A DNA stretch of 64,000 nt. Source: Candidatus Latescibacterota bacterium. GTDB taxonomy: Bacteria; Latescibacterota; UBA2968; GCA-2709665. A program made the position numbers and the translations under genes. Shown piece by piece: positions 47,540 through 56,488 of the stretch. The stretch's first letter is position 1. Each line of letters opens with the position of its first letter. A model generated the notes under the pieces. The model did no database searches. It was not told the DNA's origin and was given only the letters and a program-made list of their open reading frames with translations. The stretch lies in contig OZ242180.1 in assembly GCA_965205485.1 (NCBI GenBank), positions 2,176,001-2,240,000 of the forward strand. The letters run 5' to 3'.

Positions 47540-48709
47540 ATAACCGTACCTTCCGCATATGTCGACGGCTATCCGGTGGCGCGGCGTTACGACCGCGAGC
47601 TCGCCGACAACTATCTCAGACATACGACAGTCGGCGACCCCCCGCTCGATCCGGTCATGGAGGAATTGGCCGGGCTTCCACCCCAGGACCTGCACCGGTT
47701 CATCAAGGCCGGTATCGACGAGGAGGAAGACGTCATGCGCAGCGCTCCCTCGGCGCTGCGCGATTTTTTCGACAACCTTGAAGATCCGCCCTGGTTTGAA
47801 TACGAATCCTTCAGGGCCGGCATGCGCGCCTTCCATATGAACACGACGAACATGCTTGTCGCGTTCGTTACGGGCGTGCTGATCGAGGGGTTCGCGACCA
47901 TGATCGCCAAGTCCTTCGCCACCACCGGACGCGTGTTGAACCGGTCGACGGCAAGAAGGCGCCTCATGCAGAATAACCGACATCTCCTGGAGTTGTTCTT
48001 CCCGGGAGGTTTGCGGAGAGACGGCGACGGATGGAAACTGTCCATGCGCCTTCGGTTCGTCCACGCAAAAGTCAGGCACCTGCTGGCAAATTCCAACGAG
48101 TGGAATACCGAAGCCTGGGGCCTCCCGTTGAGCGCGGCGCATCTGGGATTCGCCATCACCGTCTTCTCCATGCGACTGATGCAGCACTCGGTCGCGGTGG
48201 GGGCGACGTTCAATCAAGAAGAAAAAGACAGCATCATCCGGATATGGCGGTACGCGGGCCACGTGATGGGCGTTCCCGAGTCCATCCTGTTTACCGATGA
48301 AGCGCACGCCCGGGAGATATTCAAGGTCGCCCTGATGTGCGAGCCGGAGCCGGACCACGACTCAGCAACGATGGCGAACGCGCTGGTCGAGGCCATCCCG
48401 CTGACGGCGGGTATAGAGGACCCCGGTGAACAGCGGGACGTGAAAGCGCTGGCCTACCGCCTTTCAAGATCCCTTATCGGAAACAGACTGGCGGACCAGT
48501 TGCAATTTCCCAAAACCAATACATTCGGGGTGCTCCTGTTGTACCGGCTGAAGCAACGCCTGCAAAAGCTGCTGAAGAGCAAACAGTCGATCAGGTCGGA
48601 AAACTTCACCCAGATGCTCGAGATCTCGGTGTACGACGAGGTCGGACTTGGCGGCATGAGCTACAGGATGCCCGATCACGTTCAATCGTCAAAATCGAGC
48701 CCTTACTGA
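47540..48709 (+). CDS. DUF2236 / MpaB'-like (Lcp-related) oxygenase
   Basis: TTVGDPPLD, RRLMQN, RLRFVHAKVR, WGLPLSAAH, WRYAGHVMGVP; start either ATA/ATT (47540/47537) or GTG 47576. Confidence 0.82.
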   Translation: MTVPSAYVDGYPVARRYDRELADNYLRHTTVGDPPLDPVMEELAGLPPQDLHRFIKAGIDEEEDVMRSAPSALRDFFDNLEDPPWFEYESFRAGMRAFHMNTTNMLVAFVTGVLIEGFATMIAKSFATTGRVLNRSTARRRLMQNNRHLLELFFPGGLRRDGDGWKLSMRLRFVHAKVRHLLANSNEWNTEAWGLPLSAAHLGFAITVFSMRLMQHSVAVGATFNQEEKDSIIRIWRYAGHVMGVPESILFTDEAHAREIFKVALMCEPEPDHDSATMANALVEAIPLTAGIEDPGEQRDVKALAYRLSRSLIGNRLADQLQFPKTNTFGVLLLYRLKQRLQKLLKSKQSIRSENFTQMLEISVYDEVGLGGMSYRMPDHVQSSKSSPY

Positions 48710-48765
48710 TTCAAGTTCACGGCGATGATAACGACCTCCTTCGTGAAACGGAAAACAGGAGATTC

Positions 48766-48873
48766 ATGGATTTGATGGGACGAATTCCTTTGAGGTCACC
48801 GGTGTTGACACTGCCGGCCGTCAACCAGGGTGAGATCGTCGCCGCTCCCGGCCATGAAAGGGAGCGGCGATGA
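48766..48873 (+). CDS. Putative 35-aa leader peptide (uORF) coupled to the MMPL gene
   Basis: AGGAG SD; MDLMGRIPLRSPVLTLPAVNQGEIVAAPGHERERR*; TGA overlaps the MMPL ATG (ATGA). Confidence 0.4.
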   Translation: MDLMGRIPLRSPVLTLPAVNQGEIVAAPGHERERR

Positions 48874-51161
48874 CGCTTATGCTCCAGGATCGATACATAG
48901 ACGCCATTCTGCGCTATCGGTGGATCGTGATCGCTGCGGCGGTGCTGCTGATGGCGGCCATGACGGCCGGCGTCCGTTTTATCTCGGTAACAAACGACTA
49001 TCGCGTTCTGTTCAGCGAAGACAACCCCCAGCTTCTCGCCTTCGACGCACTCGAGAACACCTATTCCACGTCCAACGCGGCATTGATCGCCATTACGCCC
49101 GGGCAGGGCTCCGTTTTCACCCGCGATGCCCTCGTCGCGGTTGAAGAGATGACCGGGGCCGCGTGGCGTGCGCCTTATTCCAGCCGCGTCAACTCCCTCA
49201 CCAACTATACGCATAGCGAGGCGTCCGGGGATGACCTTATCGTCGCGCCTCTCGTCGAGGACGCGCGGGCGCTGAGCGACGCCGGTGCGGCGCGCGTTGA
49301 ACGGATCGCGCTTGAAGCCGCCGAAATCGCGGGGCGCCTGGTATCCCACGATGGACGCACGGCAGGCGTGGCCGTCAACTTCGTCCTGCCGGAGAACCCG
49401 GACCAGGCCGTCGTTGAAATAACCGACTATCTCCGTTCGATCCTGAGCGACGCCCGAGCACGGCATCCGGACATCGCCTACCATCTCACAGGCGACGTCG
49501 TGATGAACCGCACCTTTTCCGATGCCACCCAGGACGACCTGCAAACGCTGACGCCGATCGTGTTCGTCATCATCATCGGCGCCACGATCCTGCTTCTGCG
49601 CTCGGTCTCCGGCACGTTGGCCATCATCGCCGTGATCGTGTTCGTTGTCAATACCACCTTGGGGTTCGCCGGCTGGAGCCGCGTTGTGTTCAGCCCCACG
49701 AACGCGGGGGTGCCTATAATCGTCATGGTAATCGCCATGGCCGACGCCATACATATCGTGACGAGTGTCCTGCTTGGCATGAGACGGGGCCTGGAGAGGA
49801 ACGTTGCGATCGCCGAGTCATTCCGGATCAACGTCCATCCGGTATTCATTACCTCCGTCACGACCGCGGTGGGATTCCTCAGCCTGAATGCCTCGGATTC
49901 ACCGCCATTTCATACATTGGGCAACTGCGTTGCGTTCGGGGTCCTGTGCGCGTTCGTGTTTTCAGTCACCCTCCTCCCCGCCCTGTTATCCATCCTGCCG
50001 TTGCGTGTTTCCGCCCGGGGTTCTCGAGATACCCATTTCCTCGACCGTTTCGCCGATTTCGTCATTGCGCGGAGCAGAATCCTGCTGGTCGTGATGGTGC
50101 TTGTGGTCGCCGGGCTGGTTCTGGGGGTTTCCCGCATTGAACTGAGTGACAACATGGCTCAGTATTTCGACGACCGTTACGAGTTCCGCCGCGATACGGA
50201 CTATATCATCGAGAATCTGACCGGGCTGGACAAACTGGAGTATTCGCTGGACGCGGGACGGGACGGCGGCATCACCGAACCGGAATATCTGCGCCGGATC
50301 GATGCGTTTGCCGGGTGGTACAGGCAGCAGCCCGAGGTCACCCACGTCCAGGTGTTTTCGGACATCATGAAACGGCTGAACAGGAACATGCACGGCGACG
50401 ACCCGGCTTTTCATCGTCTGCCTGAAGACCCGGAGCTCGCCGCGCAGTACCTGCTGCTCTACGAATTGTCCCTGCCCTTTGGAAGCGATCTCAACGATCG
50501 CATCGATGTGGCCAAATCCGCGACCCGGATGGTCGTCACTACCAGAAACGCATGGTCTCGGGACCTGCGCGAACTCGACGAACGCGCGCAGGTCTGGCTT
50601 CGTGCTAACGCGCCCGGTTTCGCGCAGGAGGCATCGGGACTGAGCATTGTCTTCGCCCACCTGTCGCTGCGGAATATCAACAGTATGCTGCGCGGTACGA
50701 TCCTGGCCATGGCGCTCATTTCGTTTATCCTGATATGGATCTTCAAGAGCGTACGGATCGGACTCCTGAGTCTGTTGCCGAATTTTATCCCCGCAATGAT
50801 GAGCTTCGGCCTGTGGGGCTACCTCGTGGGCAACGTGGGCATCGCGTCATCGGTCGTCATCGCCGTGGTTTTCGGGATTGTCGTGGACGATACAATTCAC
50901 TTTCTGAGCAAGTATCTCAAGGCCAGGCGCGAGGACCTTGCCGCACCGGAGGCGGTGCGCTACGCCTTCCGCACGGTGGGCCACGCTTTGTGGACAACCA
51001 CCACGGTCCTGTCGGCGGGCTTTCTCGTTTTTGCAACGTCGGGGTTCCAGGTGAGTTGGGCGCTTGGTCTTCTGGTCACGATCACGATCATCTTCGCGCT
51101 GGTCGCCGATTTCCTGCTCCTGCCGACGCTGTTGATGACCATCGACCGGAGGAAATTATGA
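48870..51161 (+). CDS. MMPL/RND-family transporter
   Basis: Two halves with IAMADAIH and GIVVDDTIHF, TSVTTAVGFLSL; large periplasmic loops. Confidence 0.92.
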   Translation: MTLMLQDRYIDAILRYRWIVIAAAVLLMAAMTAGVRFISVTNDYRVLFSEDNPQLLAFDALENTYSTSNAALIAITPGQGSVFTRDALVAVEEMTGAAWRAPYSSRVNSLTNYTHSEASGDDLIVAPLVEDARALSDAGAARVERIALEAAEIAGRLVSHDGRTAGVAVNFVLPENPDQAVVEITDYLRSILSDARARHPDIAYHLTGDVVMNRTFSDATQDDLQTLTPIVFVIIIGATILLLRSVSGTLAIIAVIVFVVNTTLGFAGWSRVVFSPTNAGVPIIVMVIAMADAIHIVTSVLLGMRRGLERNVAIAESFRINVHPVFITSVTTAVGFLSLNASDSPPFHTLGNCVAFGVLCAFVFSVTLLPALLSILPLRVSARGSRDTHFLDRFADFVIARSRILLVVMVLVVAGLVLGVSRIELSDNMAQYFDDRYEFRRDTDYIIENLTGLDKLEYSLDAGRDGGITEPEYLRRIDAFAGWYRQQPEVTHVQVFSDIMKRLNRNMHGDDPAFHRLPEDPELAAQYLLLYELSLPFGSDLNDRIDVAKSATRMVVTTRNAWSRDLRELDERAQVWLRANAPGFAQEASGLSIVFAHLSLRNINSMLRGTILAMALISFILIWIFKSVRIGLLSLLPNFIPAMMSFGLWGYLVGNVGIASSVVIAVVFGIVVDDTIHFLSKYLKARREDLAAPEAVRYAFRTVGHALWTTTTVLSAGFLVFATSGFQVSWALGLLVTITIIFALVADFLLLPTLLMTIDRRKL

Positions 51162-51973
51162 GTTGTTCACGCAGACTGCTCTCGTTTTCGGTGCCATGGC
51201 TGGTCGTCGCGGCCGGCATCGGCGCGCCCGCGGCCGTTCACTCGCAGAACGCCGTGTCCGATGCGACCGGGCTGAGTATCGCCCGGGAGTCCCGCGCCAG
51301 GGAGGAAGGCTTCGGCAACTTCACCGCGCAGCAGGTCATGGTGCTTCGCAACAAGCACGGGCAGGAGAGCCGGCGCCAGCTCCGCGTAAAGGTCCTGGAG
51401 GTACCTGGCGCCGGTGACAAGAGCCTGTTTGTATTTGACGAGCCGCGCGACGTCAGGGGAACGGCGCTTCTCGTGCACGCGCACCGGGACCGGGCGGACG
51501 ATCAATGGCTCTATCTGCCCGCTTTGAAACGCGTCAAACGGATCAGTTCGTCGAACCGGTCCGGTTCCTTCATGGGCAGTGAGTTCGCCTATGAAGACAT
51601 GACCGCCCAGGCCGTCGAAAAATTCACCTACCGCTACCTGCGTGACGAGCCCTGCGGCGGTTTGACGTGTACGGTAACGGAACGCTACCCAACGGATAGG
51701 AAATCGGGCTACACCCGCCAGGTGGTGTGGCGCGACAAGGACGAGCTTCGCGTCCGGAAGGTGGAGTACTACGACCGCAGGGACGCGCATCTGAAGACGC
51801 TCTCCCTGGAAAACTACGGGTTGTATCTGAGTCGTTACTGGCGCGCGGGGGTGATGACCATGGTCAATCATCTTACCGGGAAAAGCACGGTGCTGACTTG
51901 GACGGACTACAAGTTCGCTACCGACCTTGGAGACAGGGACTTCACCCGCACCGGACTGAAACGGACGCGTTGA
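51158..51973 (+). CDS. Outer-membrane lipoprotein-sorting (LolA-like) protein
   Basis: Signal peptide; DQWLYLPALKRVKRI, SFMGSEFAYED; ATG overlaps MMPL stop. Confidence 0.88.
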   Translation: MSCSRRLLSFSVPWLVVAAGIGAPAAVHSQNAVSDATGLSIARESRAREEGFGNFTAQQVMVLRNKHGQESRRQLRVKVLEVPGAGDKSLFVFDEPRDVRGTALLVHAHRDRADDQWLYLPALKRVKRISSSNRSGSFMGSEFAYEDMTAQAVEKFTYRYLRDEPCGGLTCTVTERYPTDRKSGYTRQVVWRDKDELRVRKVEYYDRRDAHLKTLSLENYGLYLSRYWRAGVMTMVNHLTGKSTVLTWTDYKFATDLGDRDFTRTGLKRTR

Positions 51974-53223
51974 TGCCGAACCGCAATGTCTTTCAATGCG
52001 CGCCGCTCGTCGCGGTCAGTATTCTTGCGGCCTTGATGTCGGGCGATGCCGTTGCCGGGATCGAAACGCGGGAATTGTCCGGACGCCTGAGTGTCGAGAG
52101 CCGCTGGCATCCGAAGACCGGCGCCTGGCCCGGCCAGCGCTCCCACGGCAGTGGTATTGTCGTCGAGCCCAGGGTTTACCTTGAAGACGCCCGGGGCCGA
52201 AGCTTCACCCTGGCCCCGTTCCTGCGCTTGGACGCCGGGGACGAACGGCGCACCCATGCCGATTTGCGGGAAGCCTATTTTCTGGTCTTCGGCGAGGTTC
52301 GCGGGCAGGAATGGGAAGTGCGTCTGGGCGTGGACAGGGTATTCTGGGGCGTGACCGAATCGCGCCGCCTGGTGAATATCGTCAACCAGATCGACCTCGT
52401 GGAACACCCGTACAAGGAGCCCTCAATGGGCCAGGCCATGGCCCATCTCACAATTTCCGGAGACTGGGGCGCCGTGGAAGTATTCGGAATGACCGGACAC
52501 CGCACCCGCACCTTTCCGGGAAGGTCGGGCCGCCTGCGATTCCCGCTTGTTGTAGATAATGAGCGGGTTTCGTATGAGGGTGACGCCGGACGGTGGCGCC
52601 CCGAGTTCGCCGCTCGTTTCAGCCGAAGTTCCGGTGACATGGACGTAGGCGTCAGCGTATTCGACGGCAATAGCAGAGAACCCATGTTGTCACCCGGCAT
52701 TGACCCGAAGGGCCGTCCGGTACTGTTACCGGGCTATGAGCGGATCCGGCAGTTCGGGCTGGACGCCCAGTTGACGGCCGGACCGTGGCTGTTCAAGCTG
52801 GAAGGACTCGGAAGGGCCGGCGCGCGGGACCGTCGCGGTGTGGAGGAGGACTACGTCGCTGCAACACTGGGCGGCGAGTATACGGTTTATTCCTTGTTCG
52901 GCTCGGCAGCCGATCTGAGCCTGATCGGGGAATGGAACTACGACGGCCGCGGCAGGAATGCGACGAATATCTTTCAGAACGACCTCTTCCTGGCCGCTCG
53001 CCTCGCGTTCAATGACATCCAGAGCACCGAAGTACTCGGCAGCCTGATGGACGATTTCGATACGACCACACGCGTGTTGACGTTCGAATTGAACCGGCGA
53101 ATCTCCGGCAGGTTCTCCCTGCATCTGGAGGCGATTGCCCTTCTCGACGTAGACGCCGGCGACCTGTCCTACGCCAGCAGGCGAGACAGCTTCGTCGAAA
53201 TGCACCTGGTTTACAATCACTAG
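51973..53223 (+). CDS. Outer-membrane beta-barrel protein
   Basis: Signal peptide, DLREAY, RVFWGVTES, beta-strand pattern; TGATG coupling. Confidence 0.75.
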   Translation: MPNRNVFQCAPLVAVSILAALMSGDAVAGIETRELSGRLSVESRWHPKTGAWPGQRSHGSGIVVEPRVYLEDARGRSFTLAPFLRLDAGDERRTHADLREAYFLVFGEVRGQEWEVRLGVDRVFWGVTESRRLVNIVNQIDLVEHPYKEPSMGQAMAHLTISGDWGAVEVFGMTGHRTRTFPGRSGRLRFPLVVDNERVSYEGDAGRWRPEFAARFSRSSGDMDVGVSVFDGNSREPMLSPGIDPKGRPVLLPGYERIRQFGLDAQLTAGPWLFKLEGLGRAGARDRRGVEEDYVAATLGGEYTVYSLFGSAADLSLIGEWNYDGRGRNATNIFQNDLFLAARLAFNDIQSTEVLGSLMDDFDTTTRVLTFELNRRISGRFSLHLEAIALLDVDAGDLSYASRRDSFVEMHLVYNH

Positions 53224-53336
53224 CTGGTGCAGGACCGGGAACAGTTAGTCTGAAAGGACGCGAGGGAACCATCGGACCTGAGGAACGGTCTAATGAGCAG
53301 TGTCCGAAGGAGAACTCATCCCTTTTGGAGGCCGTG

Positions 53337-54017
53337 ATGGCGATTGATCGCAGGCGTTTTCTTTGTCAGGCGGGTGCGCTGGGCGCCGCGGCGTTTGTGA
53401 CGCCGGGTGCGTTTGCAGAGGAGCTGATTCGAACGCCCTGGCAGACCGAGGGACCCTACTACCCGGACAGGATGCCGCTGGACGTCGATAACGACCTCCT
53501 GATCATCAACGATGCGATCACGCAGGCGGTGGGAGAAATCACGCATCTGACGGGGCGCGTCACCGATGTGAGCGGCCAACCCGTCAGGAATGCACAGGTC
53601 GAGATCTGGCAGGTCGACAGCAACGGCGTCTACATCCATACCGATGCGCCTCGGAGCAACAGGCGGGACCGGAACTTCCAGGGGTTCGGACGATTCGAAA
53701 CCGGTTCCACGGGTGAATACCGGTTTCGTACGATCAAGCCCGTCAGATATTCGGGCGCGCGCGCGGCACACATTCATTTTGCGATCAACAGGAACGGACG
53801 CCGGGCCCTGACCACCCAGATGTACGTCAAGGGCAACCCGGACAACGAGAGGGATTCCATATTTCGGAGGTCCGGCGGCGCTTCACGCGATCTGCTGGCG
53901 GTGCCGTTCAAGCCGCTGCCCGGATCGGAAATTGGAGAATTAACCGCGAATTTCGATATTGTGATCGGCAAAACGCCGGAAGACCTTGAGGGTGGACGCC
54001 GCGGCTGGATATGGTGA
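53337..54017 (+). CDS. Tat-exported intradiol ring-cleavage dioxygenase (protocatechuate 3,4-dioxygenase-like)
   Basis: DRRRFL Tat motif, EGPYYP, EIWQVDSNGVY, FRTIKP.RY, HIHF. Confidence 0.88.
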   Translation: MAIDRRRFLCQAGALGAAAFVTPGAFAEELIRTPWQTEGPYYPDRMPLDVDNDLLIINDAITQAVGEITHLTGRVTDVSGQPVRNAQVEIWQVDSNGVYIHTDAPRSNRRDRNFQGFGRFETGSTGEYRFRTIKPVRYSGARAAHIHFAINRNGRRALTTQMYVKGNPDNERDSIFRRSGGASRDLLAVPFKPLPGSEIGELTANFDIVIGKTPEDLEGGRRGWIW

Positions 54018-54058
54018 TGGTTCACCGGGGGCCCGGTCGCCGCTTGCGTTCGCTCAGA

Positions 54059-54700
54059 TCAGACCTTCCTGAGATACCTTCCGGGATTGCCCACCCAGAC
54101 CTCGCCCGCGGGCACGTCGTGCCGGATCAGGGTCCCCGCGCCCACCATACTACCCTCGCCGATCGTTGCGCCGATAATCGTCGAGTTCGTTCCCAGGAAA
54201 CAGTTTCGTCCCACGCGTACGCTTCCCGAAAAGCTCACCCCAACCGTAAGGCACGAGTAATCACCGATCACGTCGTCGTGGGACAGTCCCACGTTCTGCA
54301 GGACGATCACGTGGTCGCCGATGGTTACGAATGCGCCCACCGTGGTTCCCGCCAGAATAACCGATCCCCGTCCCACCGTGCTTTGCGGGGAAACGAACGC
54401 GTGGGGATGGACAATTGTGGCGAATCGTTCCCGCGGCAGGCCCAGTCCGGCCACCGTTCCAGGCCAGGCCTGATAACTCCCCGGGCCGAAAGTAAATCCG
54501 GTGATCTGAACGTCCTCCGGCAAGGCGCAAACGGCGTCGAAGTCCCCCAGGTGTTTGAGGCCGCCTTTGTTGACGGGTTTGCCGTTGCGCGTCACGTATC
54601 CCATCACCTCATAGGTCGGCTTCAGGGCATTGATTTCTCGCACGGCGTCCAGAATGTCGGAATTGTTGGATCCGATGCCCAGGAAGACCAGCTTTTGCAT
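54059..54700 (-). CDS. NeuD/PglD-family sugar O-acetyltransferase
   Basis: ATIVHPHA, hexapeptide repeats, SHD, VGAG, VGNP. Confidence 0.88.
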   Translation of the reverse strand: MQKLVFLGIGSNNSDILDAVREINALKPTYEVMGYVTRNGKPVNKGGLKHLGDFDAVCALPEDVQITGFTFGPGSYQAWPGTVAGLGLPRERFATIVHPHAFVSPQSTVGRGSVILAGTTVGAFVTIGDHVIVLQNVGLSHDDVIGDYSCLTVGVSFSGSVRVGRNCFLGTNSTIIGATIGEGSMVGAGTLIRHDVPAGEVWVGNPGRYLRKV

Positions 54701-54742
54701 ACCGCCACCTCCTCGTGTTTTGACCCGGCGACCCGGCTTCCG

Positions 54743-56455
54743 TCAGCTGTATGCAGCCGCTATGTCGCAACTGTCGACACCATCACCCAATGCCACCTGT
54801 GCGAAATCCTGACGGTATCGGGTCACGATCCCGAACGGCGCCGATCGGCCGTCCACCCGAATTTCCTCCAGCGCCCTTCCGCCGAATTCAGCCGGAATCA
54901 ACCAGCGCAGATTTCCGTCGTCCGGCGCGCCCGCTGCAGTGAATCTTAGCGTCTGGTCCTGCCAGGAGAGTCGTTCCACGCACCATTGATCCCGCAGCAG
55001 CCAGAAATCACACCACTGATCGTAGGACCAGACAGGTACATTCCGTTCCGCGGCCCTTTCAAGCAGAACAAGCCCGTGCGCCCTCGAGTATCTCACCCAG
55101 TTGCCCGGGTGTAGGATAACACCGTAGGGCACGTGAAAACGGGTGGCGCTGTCGTCGAGGATGCGGTCTACCAGGACGCCGTACATCTCAGGCGAATAGT
55201 GAAAGGACTTTGGCGCGCTCTCCTGGAACCAGACGTCGTCGGACAGGTGGGTATGCTGCTGCAGCACGTCGATCAGGCGCCCGTCAGGATGGCAGAAACG
55301 CATTGGCATGGCCGCCCCTCTCAGGTGATACGGGCTGCTGCAGCGGTCCCGCATGTAGGCCGAGCACAGGTAGTTCGCATCCATTCGGATCCCCAGCCGC
55401 GCCTGTACCTCCACCAGTTCCATGTAACCCGCCCAGGAGAGACAGTGATTGCGTACGCTCGTGGGCCTGAACCCGTACATTTCCTCGAAAAGCCGGATCT
55501 GCCGCTCGAATTCGGCCACGCGCTCCGCTATCGGGCGTCCGTCCTGGGCCCGGAGGTTCGGATGCGGGCCCACGTCGTGATTTTGCCGATACCGTTGCAC
55601 GTCCGCGAGCGTCGAGTCCGTCCCGATGGGAATGATGTATAGATTCATGCGGGCGCCGGCTTCCGTAACTTCCCTGAATTCCTGCTCCGTAGCGGAAATC
55701 TCCGCTCCGTCCTCGTCGCCTGAATAGAGCACGATCGCGGATGCCTCGCCCGGCAGGTGCCAGAGCAGGGGGACGGGCGCCGGAACGAACCGGCACACCA
55801 GTTCCACCAGCCACCGTGCCAGCAGGTCGGCAAACGGAATCAGTCCGCTGTCCGCCGGCCCGAGATCGATTCCGATGGAATCGGCGCGCACGTTGTCGCC
55901 CACGGCCCGCTCGACCTGGCGCGGATCCCCCTGGCGGAGGGTGAACACGCACTCGGGAAGGTCAAAAGCGAATGCCAGGATCCGTCCCTTTCCGTATGGT
56001 GATTCGATTATCCCGACGGACTCTCCCTCGAATGCGTCCGGACGGTAGAGATAGGCGATACCGGCTCCCGCCTCAGGTTCCTCGATATAATGACCCGTCT
56101 CCCCGACCACCGGGAAGTCCTCTCCTGAAACCCCTGCCGCCGGATAGCGTACCGGACGCAGGCGAAGCGGCGCGGCCCTGGCGCCCTGATAGACCAGCCC
56201 CGCGGCATCCGCCAGGATGTCTCCGGGCAGGAACGTAACGACGGTGCCGCCGCGCCGCGCATATCCGATCAGATCCTCGTGTGTCCGGTCATCCGTTTCT
56301 GCTGCCGGGCAGACCAGCACGGGAGTCGACGCAGGATCCAGGGTCTTGATCTGATCCTGGAGGATCCGATTGTAAGCGCGAAGCCCCCAGGTTGTGAAAA
56401 TCTCAGCGATGTAGTCCGATAGATCGGGCGGACGGGTCAGAATGCCGATTTTCAT
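54743..56455 (-). CDS. Hypothetical protein with possible polysaccharide-deacetylase-like barrel
   Basis: 570 aa; SGDED, GPHP, VRNH, ILHP; function tentative. Confidence 0.6.
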   Translation of the reverse strand: MKIGILTRPPDLSDYIAEIFTTWGLRAYNRILQDQIKTLDPASTPVLVCPAAETDDRTHEDLIGYARRGGTVVTFLPGDILADAAGLVYQGARAAPLRLRPVRYPAAGVSGEDFPVVGETGHYIEEPEAGAGIAYLYRPDAFEGESVGIIESPYGKGRILAFAFDLPECVFTLRQGDPRQVERAVGDNVRADSIGIDLGPADSGLIPFADLLARWLVELVCRFVPAPVPLLWHLPGEASAIVLYSGDEDGAEISATEQEFREVTEAGARMNLYIIPIGTDSTLADVQRYRQNHDVGPHPNLRAQDGRPIAERVAEFERQIRLFEEMYGFRPTSVRNHCLSWAGYMELVEVQARLGIRMDANYLCSAYMRDRCSSPYHLRGAAMPMRFCHPDGRLIDVLQQHTHLSDDVWFQESAPKSFHYSPEMYGVLVDRILDDSATRFHVPYGVILHPGNWVRYSRAHGLVLLERAAERNVPVWSYDQWCDFWLLRDQWCVERLSWQDQTLRFTAAGAPDDGNLRWLIPAEFGGRALEEIRVDGRSAPFGIVTRYRQDFAQVALGDGVDSCDIAAAYS

Positions 56456-56488
56456 GGATGATGACCTCCAAGCTTGATTCGGGGTCAG

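Noticed and set aside
50735..51972. Long N-terminal extensions of the LolA-like and OM barrel ORFs in the ORF track
   Set aside because: They overlap upstream genes; signal peptides begin at the coupled ATGs 51158 and 51973
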